Part shown: positions 52,265 through 63,858 of the stretch, piece after piece
Layout: each line of letters begins with the position of its first letter
Numbering within the stretch: position 1 is the stretch's first letter
Assembly: GCF_001194135.2 (NCBI RefSeq)
Contig: NC_068990.1
Span: 53,063,545-53,127,544 of the forward strand
Origin: Octopus bimaculoides
Taxonomy: Eukaryota
Reading direction: 5' to 3'
Length of the DNA stretch: 64,000 nt
Program-made: the position numbers and the translations under genes
Notes under the pieces: generated by a model
Seen by the model: only the letters and a program-made list of their open reading frames with translations
What the model was told of the DNA's origin: nothing
Databases searched by the model: none

Positions 52265-53760
52265 TTTGTAATAAATGATGACACCCATGTTGCCAAACAC
52301 TGCTCCAGTTCCTGGCTGTACACCTCATCCCCATAGGGAGCTACCTGCATCACTTGTGTCATCACCAAAAAGCAGAAGAGAGGCAGGAGCCATTGAGAGT
52401 GTGGTTGTTTCCATCATCTCTCTTGTGTTTGGCTTGACACAACAGGCCTTGAATGCACTCTCAGGATGGAGATACAGCAGCTACCTACCCTTCTCAGCTG
52501 CACAGTAATGTCCATTCACCACATCTTCAGATGAAACAGCTAGCCTGTCTGATGCCCAACCCTCTGCTGGTCAACATAGTCTGACTTGGAAGGTTTTGGA
52601 AGATTCCTCTGTTACAGTCTCTGATCAGTGGTTCCTGCTCTGGAGAGGGTCGGACTCGAGATGAACTCATCCAAGTCAGAGGTTGTGAATGTCAATCATG
52701 AGGAAGAGAGCTTCATGGCTTTCATGTTGGATGTGCAATCATTACTTTACCAGGTGCAGGTGACTTTGAAAAAAGATGTCCTTATCTTTGGTTTACTGAG
52801 CCCTCCCAACTGCCATTTGCTCCACCCTGAGGTCTCTGCTTTGCCAGCTTAAAACTTTGATAAATGGATTGAATGTGATTGATGCCATCCAACATTATAT
52901 ATCCTCTGCAGTGCTCCTTGCAACAGCCACGCATCTCTCCTCACAAATCCTGATGCCTGTGTCCAACGGTACTGAAGAGATATGCAATGTTTGGTTTGAC
53001 GACTATGGATGGTAAACAGACCACCTTATCCATCAGATATGGCAACCTTGGTCTCTGGTCTTACTGGCCCTGCTGGAACTTGCTTCGTGCCATGTCCTCA
53101 TCAACAGAGTTCTCCACAACACAACCGAACCTACTGTGATTAGGGAGTGCAAGGCAACCTACATGACATGGAGCCATTGTAGAAGCTCCATTCTAGATCC
53201 ACTGGATTCTTTCTCCTTCCATCCATTGTCATGCCATTATAGTGCTGGCTGCCTTCCATGTCATTCTACTCTCAATGAGATTGTAGAGCATGGCCTAGAT
53301 GCTGCAGGCTTCTCTTCTCAACTCAAGCCACTGGGACTAGACTGAGAGGAAGGTAAAAGGCCTGATAGTATATCAGTCTTCCCCATTCCATGGTGATAGG
53401 CCCCTCATCTGGGATGCCACATGCTGTGATGCCTTCTCCAGTGGCAACTTGGTGTGTTTAGCTATTGACCCAGGCTCTGCTGCTTGACAGGCCAAGAAAG
53501 GCAAACTGTCAAAGTATTAGTCACTCTCTGACAGATTTGTGGTTGAATCTGTGACAGTGGAGACCTCCAGCATTCTTGGCCACTGCACCACATCCCTGTT
53601 CACTACTATTGAGGTGGAAATGGCTGGCCACAAGAGTGTGTCCTGTGAGTCAGAGTGGCTGTTTCTGTGCATCTTGCTTGTTATCCTCCAGGGCAAAGCC
53701 TTATCCATTTTGTCTGCTGGGACCATGAGGCAGACTGACAAACTTTTTTTTTTTAATTAC
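52265..53760 (+). mobile_element. CRE-clade non-LTR retrotransposon, degenerate (RT end, zinc knuckle, REL endonuclease)
   Basis: PALERVGLEMNSSKSE; HPLSCHYSAGCLPCHSTLNEIV..LKPLGLD.EEGKRPD..LIWDATC..VTVETSS..ILQGKALSIL, matching the CRE pattern H.LSC..SAGR..RH..LN / DGKRPDG / WD.T / IQRGNA. Confidence 0.82.
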
Positions 53761-54033
53761 TTGTTACTTTCAGTTGATATATGACATCATTGTTTTCTTA
53801 TACATTTTTATTTTGTTTAGTTTTGTGTAGTTAATGGACTAAACCAATATATATTTCATTACTCTCTGTCTGCTGGAAACATAATAGGTACTGTTGACCA
53901 TAACAGGATTTGATCCCAAACATAAAATTACTTTCCTGTTTCTCTACTGTTTTAGTTGTTTATGGTTTCAGGAGAAGAGGGGTGACAGTGACTTTGAAGT
54001 TTTGGCTTCAGAGCCTTTGTCAGACTTTCTCTT

Positions 54034-54075
<42 letters not shown>

Positions 54076-54202
54076 CCCCGTTCTCTCTCTCTTTCGTTCT
54101 CTCTCTCTCCCCTGTTCTCTCTCTCTCTCTCCCCTGTTCTCTCTCTCTCTCTCCCCTGTTCTCTCTCTCTCTCTCCCCTGTTCTCTCTCTCTCTCTCCCC
54201 CC

Positions 54203-54236
<34 letters not shown>

Positions 54237-54253
54237 ATAACAAAAACCAGATT

Positions 54254-54690
54254 AGGATGAGTATCTCAAGTCATTTAGAGTATTTAATTAGAGTATTCAC
54301 AGAAGTATGGACCAACCTCCATACCCCCTGGAAGATGAGCTGTGAACTTAATTCTCCTGTCAATATTCTTCTATCTTCTGTTTTACTCTTTATTCCTCTA
54401 TCTACTATTTTATTCCTTTATAAACTGAATTCCCTGTTTAGAACTTTCATACATACCTGTCTTGTCTTTGATGACAGAATACCCAGTGTATAGAGATGTT
54501 AACCTATCACTTGAGATATCTCAGATACAGCTGTAAGACATCCAATAATTAATTAATTGATTAACTACTACATATTCACCTCACTCTAATTAAATACTCT
54601 AAATGACTTGAGATACTCATCCTGCCTTAGCTTTTGTTGTCCTTTTTCCTCAAATATATACCAGTGATCTAAACCCCTCATATTCTATAT
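54254..54690 (+). mobile_element. Penelope-like terminus with perfect 41-bp inverted repeat and degenerate hammerhead
   Basis: 54254-54294 is the exact reverse complement of 54583-54623; TGTCT-TTGATGA...GATA-CAGCTG-TA-AGACA at 54463-54540. Confidence 0.6.
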
Positions 54691-54710
54691 ATATATATAT
54701 ATATATATAT

Positions 54711-55145
54711 NNNNNNNNNNNNNNNNNNNNNNNNNNNNNNNNNNNNNNNNNNNNNNNNNNNNNNNNNNNNNNNNNNNNNNNNNNNNNNNNNNNNNNNNNN
54801 NNNNNNNNNNNNNNNNNNNNNNNNNNNNNNNNNNNNNNNNNNNNNNNNNNNNNNNNNNNNNNNNNNNNNNNNNNNNNNNNNNNNNNNNNNNNNNNNNNNN
54901 NNNNNNNNNNNNNNNNNNNNNNNNNNNNNNNNNNNNNNNNNNNNNNNNNNNNNNNNNNNNNNNNNNNNNNNNNNNNNNNNNNNNNNNNNNNNNNNNNNNN
55001 NNNNNNNNNNNNNNNNNNNNNNNNNNNNNNNNNNNNNNNNNNNNNNNNNNNNNNNNNNNNNNNNNNNNNNNNNNNNNNNNNNNNNNNNNNNNNNNNNNNN
55101 NNNNNNNNNNNNNNNNNNNNNNNNNNNNNNNNNNNNNNNNNNNNN
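54711..55145. other. assembly gap (435 N)
   Basis: N run. Confidence 1.
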
Positions 55146-56089
55146 CCCGTCTGTATAAAAGAAACCTTTCTGCACAATATCAAATATGAAGCATTTAAAA
55201 GGACACCCCATCCCCCCATCTGCCCAAAATTAATCTTATACTAAGTTGATAAGATATTGTAAATAGAAACTTATGTCTTTCTGTCTCTCTTACTGTCTCA
55301 CCTTGACTAATGTTGCTGTCTATCATCTCTGTCTGTCTCTGTTGATGCATGTCTGTCTGTCTATCTTCTCTTTCTCTCTCCTATATAATATAATAATAAC
55401 TGCTTGTTTTGTTCACTGCTCTGGAATTCTGTAGGTGTAAGATCTCTACTAGTAATGATGATGATGATGTTGTAAGCTTTCACTCTGCATGTTTATAACA
55501 TCAAGCTGAGACCTGCTACTTTACACCTTCGATTAGCTTTATTAGTTTCATGTTGTTATTACTTAACAGAGCAGCAGGAAGAGGAGAGGGGGGATATCTT
55601 TTTGTTCCTTTCTGTCATGTTATTTCTTTTTTGTTTTTGTTTCAATCAAATCTGACAGTTTCTTCCCCCACACTAAGATAGAAAGAGATATAAAATGACA
55701 AAGCAAAATGCCACACACACACACACACACACACACACCCATACAATATGTGATATATCAGTAACTTTTGGTCACATGTTTTTGAAGTCTTTTCCTTGCA
55801 ATCCCTTGCTATTATATTGTTACATTTTTAATGTTCATATGTGTTAGAGTATGTATGCACATGTACATGTGTATGTATGTAAATACTTGAGTGTGTGTGT
55901 ACATTAGTTAGATAAAATAATGGAAATACCACTTTATATTTGACATCTTTCTGTGTGAAATGGAACTGACAAAACTCAAAACTATTCTGGTCTGTATATA
56001 GGTGTACACATGCATTATGTGTGACTTGTATTTTATGATATAGCTCTCTGTAATTTTGTTTTTGCAGATATATTTAAATAAGTTAAATC

Positions 56090-57277
56090 TGCATGGCCTG
56101 TCTGATTTCCAATGAGTACAAATTGTTGGGGTGCAGATGGCTAGAGCTTCAGTCACTAAAACTTAGAGGGATTGCAGAATAGTGAAATGTATTGTCTAAA
56201 AGCCATTAAACTATGGCAGTAAAAGTGACTGCAGAGCTCAACCATCAACCTGCCAACCCAGTTTCAACCAAAACTCTTCATTGTGAGCTCCATAAAGCTG
56301 GATACTATGGGAGGGCTGTAATTGCTTAACCTCTCTTTTCCCCTTTCATCGTTGATGATCAGAGAAATATGATGTTTAGATTATCAGAACTGGTTAATGT
56401 CCTAATGAAAAAGTGTCATCTCTGATGAGTCATCATCCACTCTTTACTCCCATTTCAGAGTTTGTTTTGACACAACCCAAAGAGGCCTTCGATCCTGATT
56501 GTTTGGCGCCTATCATGAAGCATGAATGTGGCTCTATGGGGATTTGGGTCACCATCATGGAGTTCTTTTAATCCCTTTACTTGTTTTACATGGCAAAGGT
56601 AATGTCATGGATTATCTGAGTACTTTGGCTGATTATGTACTTCCTGAGGTACAAAAAATTGTTCCCAGATGGTGATGAAATTTTCCAGGATGATAATCTA
56701 CTGATTCACAAGGCTTATGTTATTCAAAATTGTTAAGAAGAAAACAAAAGTGAAGTAAACCATCTTGATTAGTCACCTTCAATCACTGGATTTTGATGTA
56801 ATTTTTTCTACTCTAGGCACAAGGCCTGAAATTTTAGGGGTGGGGCCTAGTCAATTGCATTGACCCTAGCTTTTGACTAGTCCTTATTTTATTGACCATG
56901 AACAGATAAAAGACTAAGTTGACCTCAGAAGAATTCAAATTCAGAATGTAAAGCTGGAAGAAATGTGGCTAAGCATTTTATCCAGCATCCTAATGATTCT
57001 GCTAGTTTGCTGCCTTAAGGGACTCAATACAGTGAAACAATTGTGGTACATTTTGGAGTAACAAGTAAGGAGCTCCTTCACTCTGCCATTGTTGCCAAAA
57101 GAATTAAAGCGACATTTACTTGAAGAAGGGTTCAGAATTCCCCTAACAGCTGTTTGGAACCTGTACAAGTCAATTCCTTGCTGTATTAAAGCTGTGACTC
57201 ATGCCAAAGGTAGACCAATTCTGTATTCAATAATAACACTTTCATTTAACAGTGTGTTTCCATTATATTGTCCAACT

Positions 57278-57281
<4 letters not shown>
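56090..57281 (+). mobile_element. Tc1-like transposon remnant, interrupted by a family A SINE (~56790-57010, minus)
   Basis: KVTAELNHQPANPVSTK, ELHKAGYYGRA, KVxSDES and FQDDN motifs; right TIR-like gtttccattatattgtccaactcctgt. Confidence 0.78.
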
Positions 57282-57345
<64 letters not shown>

Positions 57346-57979
57346 TGCGCATGCATGTGTATGTGTTTGTACACAGAAATGAATATGTGCATCTTCTAAA
57401 TGTGTGTATTTGTATATTTATATCTATGTCAGTGAGTATGAATGTGTGTATGTGATATGCACATGTATGTATATACTTTTTATGTGATGTAGGTGTGATA
57501 TGTGTAAGATGTGTTTTATGTGATATGTGTAAGATGTATTTTTGATGTGACTTGTAAGTGTGTACGTGCTCTAGTTCTTCATTCTCACTATATAGGTAAG
57601 AGTGTGTGTGTGTGTGTGTGTGTGTGTGCATATACATGTGTGTGTGTGGAAACATATCTGTATATATATATGTATACATGTGTGTGTGTATATGTATGCA
57701 TATGCTCACATTTTTGCAGTTGCTTGTATGCATGAGTGTACTCGTGCCATGCAGCTTGCCCGAGGGCGTTTATACATCCGTATCTGTTAACAGTTATTTT
57801 CAATACTTTTCTTGCTGGATCTTGTGTTCATTTCTCTTTTTGTTATCTCCAATTTTATTTTTGATCTTCTATATAAATGAGGGTATTTCCTTTGTCTGGC
57901 TGTTTTTCTCTCTACAAAACAGAAAGTTACATTGCGAAACAGTCATTTCAGTGAGTAGTATTTATTAATCACCCAATGA

Positions 57980-58915
57980 GACACATCTGCACCATCGGAT
58001 GCTCCTGAACCAGTTGTTGAGTGTCCCTTTGGAAATATGCTGTGCATGAGAGGACCCGGCAAACCAAGTGAGACCAAAATCCAAGGCCTCTGCCATGGAT
58101 GTAGCCAGCCCACTTATGTGTACCATTACTTCTGCTTGCGAAGACCTGTTGAGGTAAGTGAAATCGAAATCAAAATCGAACTAAATTCGACGACTGGCCC
58201 CCATGCCAACGTCTCCTTCATTAGACACTAAACTCGGCTTGCAAAGACCTGTTGGGGCAAGCGAAAGCGAAATCATGATGGCACCTGTACCAGTGGAGTG
58301 CTAAGAGCACCGTTCGAGCGTGATCGTTACCAGCGTCTCCTTCCTGGCATGTGAAAAGTCGATCGAGCGAGATCGTTGCCAGTGCTGCTGGACTGTGCAG
58401 GTGGCACGTAAAATACACCATTTTGAGTGTGGCCGTTGCCANNNNNNNNNNNNNNNNNNNNNNNNNNNNNNNNNNNNNNNNNNNNNNNNNNNNNNNNNNN
58501 NNNNNNNNNNNNNNNNNNNNNNNNNNNNNNNNNNNNNNNNNNNNNNNNNNNNNNNNNNNNNNNNNNNNNNNNNNNNNNNNNNNNNNNNNNNNNNNNNNNN
58601 NNNNNNNNNNNNNNNNNNNNNNNNNNNNNNNNNNNNNNNNNNNNNNNNNNNNNNNNNNNNNNNNNNNNNNNNNNNNNNNNNNNNNNNNNNNNNNNNNNNN
58701 NNNNNNNNNNNNNNNNNNNNNNNNNNNNNNNNNNNNNNNNNNNNNNNNNNNNNNNNNNNNNNNNNNNNNNNNNNNNNNNNNNNNNNNNNNNNNNNNNNNN
58801 NNNNNNNNNNNNNNNNNNNNNNNNNNNNNNNNNNNNNNNNNNNNNNNNNNNNNNNNNNNNNNNNNNNNNNNNNNNNNNNNNNNNNNNNNNNNGCTTTTAC
58901 GTGCCACCAGCACAG
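57980..58915. mobile_element. RTE 3'-UTR-type repeat region spanning a gap
   Basis: gaagacctgttgagg, gtggcacgtaaaa units as in 60330-61035. Confidence 0.65.
58442..58892. other. assembly gap (451 N)
   Basis: N run. Confidence 1.
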
Positions 58916-59169
58916 ACATTGTATATATATATTATATAGATATATAATATAGATATGTATATATATTATTCATACATATATTATATATATATATGTATAT
59001 ATTATATATCTATATATTATATATAAATATATATTATATATAAATATATATTACATATATATTATATATATATGTATATTATCTATATATATAAAGATGA
59101 GAATGTGTCTGTGAGTCTGTCTGTGTGAATCCCTAAAACTTGAAAACTAATATATATATGCTTTATATA

Positions 59170-59565
59170 TATATATATATATATATGCTTACAAACACAT
59201 TCCCAACTTATAAGTCACTTCAAAAAGTGCTCGATTCAATAACACCGTTTACAAACTCTATGCTTGGAATGAGCAATTTTAAATACTTTTGGAACTTTCA
59301 CACAAGGTACAGGTATCTTATATGTATACCATTCTGCCTAAATTTTGGAACTGCAGATACAATATCCCTGCATATCTCACGTCTGTTTTCATTACTCCAT
59401 GTCGCTCTCTATTTCACATCTTATCTAGAGTAACTATTACTTAACCATTTCCTCACATCGTCTCCGATGTAGGGATATATAAAATATCCCGGAAACAGCT
59501 GTAAGACCTTCTCTTTATAAATGTTCTGAAATCTTTCACAGCCTTGGATTTTTATCTCATTAGTT
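59170..59565 (+). mobile_element. Penelope-like 3' end / pseudo-LTR
   Basis: Contains a hammerhead-shaped motif typical of PLE termini; no intact ORF. Confidence 0.5.
59460..59507 (+). ncRNA. variant/degenerate minimal hammerhead
   Basis: GTCT-CCGATGT-A-GGGATAT(ATAAA)ATATCCC-G-GAAA-CAGCTG-TA-AGAC: stems I and II, palindromic ACAGCTGT stem III and GUA triplet; the core deviates at U4 and A9. Confidence 0.55.
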
Positions 59566-59569
59566 TTTG

Positions 59570-61200
59570 TGTGTGGCAGATGCACAGGGGTAGTAAACAC
59601 TGAAGATGAACAGAAAACAGATTCCCTCTCATGCCAGGGAGTAAAACTAGAAGTAGTTAATAGCTTCTACTACCTAGGCGACGAAGTCTTTAGTGGGGGT
59701 TGTTTCTCTGAGAGTGTAGAGGCTAGAATAAGAATAGCCTGGGCAAAGTTCAGGGTGCTCTTACCTCTGCTGGCAACTAAGGGCCTCTTGCTCAGGATGA
59801 AATGTAGGCTGTATGATTCTTGTGCAGAAACTGCCATGCTACACGGCAGTGAAACATGGGCCATGACTGTTGAGGACATGCGTAGGCTTGAAAGAAATGA
59901 AGCAAGTATGATCCGCCGGATGTGTAATGTCAGTGTGCATGCATGACAGAGTGTAATTGCCCTGAGAGAAAAGTTGGACATAAGAAGCATCAAATATGGT
60001 ATGCAAGAGAGATGACTGCGCTGCTATGGTCATGTGTTATGCATGGATGAGGACAGCTGTGTGAGGAAGTGCCAGTCCCTAACTGTGGAAGGAACCCAGG
60101 AAGAGATGGTGAAGTATGACCTTCGAACATTCGGCTTCACAGAGGCAATGACAGGAGACAGAGACCTTTGGAGATATACTGTGAGAAGACCCAGCAATTA
60201 AAATGCAATCGCAGCCATGGCCGATGCCAGTGTTGCATATCCGGCCCATTTAAGAGTACCCTTGATGTGTTGGGTGATATGATATGCTTGAGAAGACCTG
60301 TTAAGTCAAGTAAAACCCAAATTGGAGCTGTGGCCAGTGTCCCCTGACTGGCTCCCATTCTGGTGGCACGTAAAATGCATCATCTGAATGTAATCAATGC
60401 CAGTGTTCCCTGACTGGCTCCTGTGTCGGTGGCACATAAAAAACACCGTCCAAATGTAGTCAATGCCAGGTCTGCCTGACTGGCATCCGTGCCAGCAGCA
60501 CGTAAAAAACACACCTGAACTTAGCCAATGCTAGTACCCCCTGACTGGCTTCCGTGCCGGTGGCATGTAAAAGTCACTTTCCAAACATGATCAATGCCAG
60601 GATCTACTGACTGGCCCAGTGCCGGTGGCACGTAAAAAGCAACATCCGGACATCACCAATATCATTCCTCCCTGACTGGCCCCCATGCCGGTGGCACGTG
60701 AAAAGCCGTAGCGAAATGTGATCGATGCTAGTCTCGCTTGACTGGCATCCGTGCCAGCAGCACGTAAAAAACACCACCTGAACTTAGCCAATGCTAGTAC
60801 CCCCTGACTGGCTTCCGTGCCGGTGGCATGTAAAAGTCACTTTCCAAACGTGATCAATGCCAGGATCTACTGACTGGCCCAGTGCCGGTAGCACATAAAA
60901 AGCACCATCCGAACATCACCAATATCATTCCTCTCTGACTGGCTCCCATGCCGGTGGCACGTGAAAAGCCGTAGCGAAATGTGATCGATGCCAGTCTCGC
61001 TTGACTGGCTCCTGTGCCAGTAGTACGTAAAAAGCACCCACTACACTCTTGGAGAGGTTGGAATTAGGAAGGGCATCCAGCTGTAGAAACATTGCAAGAT
61101 CAGATTGGAGCCTGGTGCATCTGCTAGCTCTCCAGACCTCAGTCAAACTGTCCAACCCGTGCCAGCATGGAAAACGGACATTAAACAATGATGATGATAT
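59570..61200 (+). mobile_element. RTE-clade LINE 3' portion with repeat-array 3' region and (GAT)n tail
   Basis: ORF 59569-59946 (EVVNSFYYLGD..ARIRIAWAKFRVLLPLL..MLHGSETWAM..MIRRMCNV), then the 65-66 bp array and the gaagggcatccagctgtagaaa...gatgatgat end. Confidence 0.9.
60335..61035 (+). repeat. 11-unit 65-66 bp tandem array with 4-unit higher-order duplication
   Basis: TGACTGG at 60345, 60411, 60477, 60542, 60608, 60673, 60739, 60805, 60871, 60936 and 61002; units 3-6 match units 7-10. Confidence 0.92.
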
Positions 61201-61201
61201 G

Positions 61202-61234
<33 letters not shown>

Positions 61235-61502
61235 ATGTACGTATATGTGTGTATATGTGTGTATGCATATATATATATATATTATTTATATTAGTATTTA
61301 ATTGAATGCTGCGCATCCATTTCCAAGTAAGTTTATATATATATATATATATATATATTGTTGGGGTAGGTGAACATGTTGTAAATTGTTCCTCAACTAG
61401 CAGAAGTAATGCTACTCGTTGTAACTTAAGCACAAGTTAGATATGTTCTGAGAGTAATTTACTGTGTGAATGTGTGCATGTTTGTACATGTCCCACTCTT
61501 TC

Positions 61503-61534
<32 letters not shown>

Positions 61535-61713
61535 ACTCTGATAGACACATGCACTCACCCACACAGCTACACTTTATCCCAACCCCTCTCTCTTCCTTCA
61601 CTCCTTCATGCTGCAGGTTTACTGGCTTGAAACATCTAGGCCACATTTGACGTCATATTTATTGATGTAACACATGCAGAAAACTTTCAACAAGAGAGAA
61701 ACCCTGCACATGC

Positions 61714-61744
<31 letters not shown>

Positions 61745-61748
61745 AAAA

Positions 61749-61866
<118 letters not shown>

Positions 61867-62199
61867 CTGTATCTTTTCTTTTTTGTTTATCATCTTTGTT
61901 CTGATTTATTTTCATAAACTGGCAGATTTTATGTCTTGATCTGTGTGTATTTCAAAGTGGTGTCACATTATTACTGCCATCCAATTCATGAAATCAGTAA
62001 AAGTGTGTGTGTGTATCCTCACACACACATATAGAAAGATTGGGAGAGAGAGAGAGAGAGAAATAGAGGTAGATATTTCCTTTCCATTCAAAAAGTGGTC
62101 TTCTAGTATATTTTTCTTGTCCAACTATCTGCTCTATGCCAGCCACCATGGATAGCAAATAGCAAATATGAAAATGATGATGATGTATCATCCTGGTTG

Positions 62200-62700
62200 T
62201 GTAGGGATGTTATTGGGGCTGATCAACCCTCTCTCCTCTCTAACACTCACTCGCTTTCCTCCTCTAACTTTGCCATATCACCTCTCTTATGAGGGCCATG
62301 GTACTACTATCTGTACTTAATGCACCAACATTCAGCCTTCTATACTGCCTCACCACCACCACCACCACCACTGTTGTTGTCATCCTCCCCCCTCCCCCTT
62401 ACATCCATTACCCTTATTCTTTTTTTTACCATCACTTATTGCTTCCACTCTGCTCCTCATTATCATTCTGTGTGCTATTCACTCTCTTTGTTATGTTGAG
62501 TGAATGGACAGCGTTTATAAGTATGGAAGCCAACTTCGCCATAAAATGCACTTAATGTACTGTGTAAAGGGGTCAGTGATTGACCCTTGTCAGTAAGAGG
62601 GTTGACTGGAGCCATGACAGTGTTGTCAACAATATGATAACCTCTCTAGTGTGTCACAATATAATCTATTCAGTAGGAGACTCTGAAAAGTGTTTGGTTT
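62200..62700 (+). mobile_element. possible decayed Penelope-like 3' end
   Basis: Pyrimidine-rich pLTR-like stretch; weak support only. Confidence 0.25.
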
Positions 62701-63858
62701 TAGGAAGGGTATCTAGTAGTAGAAAGCATGTCAGAAATGAAACATGAATGGGGAGGGGTCCATCAGCCAGTCTAGGAGGATTTTGTCTCTGAATAAGAAC
62801 TGTCTGGTGTTTTAGTATGCATATGTGTGTTTTTGATTTTTGCTGGTGTATTCGTGCGTATGTATGTGTGTAGATAGAATGGTATATATTCCTGTAGTAT
62901 GTATTTGCTTTGCAAAATTCTTGTGTGAAATAGTGTGTTGAAACAAATGGTTTTCATCTTGGGAGGGTCATAGTGCCAATAAAAGTGTATGCACTGGTTA
63001 TGTTTCACTTCTTATTAATACTCAACTAGTTATCTAAGTCATCCGATTAACTAATTATCTAATTGATTGCTTAACTAACCTTTTGATCAACCCATAAGTT
63101 TATCAAAGACCTTCTGTCACCATCTACAGCATCATTACTAATGTATATCAGATTTGGATACAGCTTTTGTCATAATCTATCCCAACTGGATATGCCATAT
63201 TTTGTTTCTATTCTTATATTTTTTGGTGTGTGTGTGTGAGTGAGTGAGTGAGTATTTTTGTTGTGGAGGATACATATGTGTGATTTGTTTGTGTCAGATT
63301 TTTCGTGTTACTTGGTTAGTGTCTCTGTGTAGATTGTGTGGGTGTGTGTGTGGGTTTGTGAGTATGTATGTGCACCAGTGCATCTGCATGTTATTTATTC
63401 CTGGTGTATTTAGGTATGTCATAGTTTGGTGCTAGTAAGGTGTGCTTCCATTCTTTTCTCTCTCAGGCACCTATACTTATAACAGGGATGCACCTAATAT
63501 GTCTACACACACACATACACAATCTTTCTCTCCCTCACTCACTCACTCACTCACCCCTGCTTATTCTTAAAAGTAGGAATACCAAAACTAAACCCTGCCA
63601 TTCTCATTTAGATACATCATGGCAGACCTAGAGTAATAAGGGTGTCATTAAGTAGTGAAAGGGGACCAAATTAATCTGATAAACTAAATGATATATTGAT
63701 CAAATGTTTGGTCAGGTAATCACTTAGTCAATTGGTTAATTAATCAGCTAGGTAACTGATACTAATTTTAAAGAACTAAAATGGATAAACTAATATGTTG
63801 ATAATTCTGTTTACTATTAGTGGTAGTGTTAATATTAACAAATGTCACACAGTTATAA

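Noticed and set aside
53894-54493. 199-aa ORF and similar long ORFs (42049-42421, 57263-57733, 26737-27151, 61619-61915)
   Set aside because: Read-through of (CT)n, (TG)n, (ATT)n or (TA)n microsatellites; no coding signature.
60335-61035. True CRISPR array
   Set aside because: Eukaryotic context, no cas genes, 'spacers' are related and block-duplicated, and the array lies inside an RTE 3' region.
62548-62600. Hammerhead-like hairpin (CTTA-CTGACAA-GGGTCA/TGACCC...TAAG on minus)
   Set aside because: GAAA is absent (CTTTAC instead) and G8 is lost without compensation; at most a relic.
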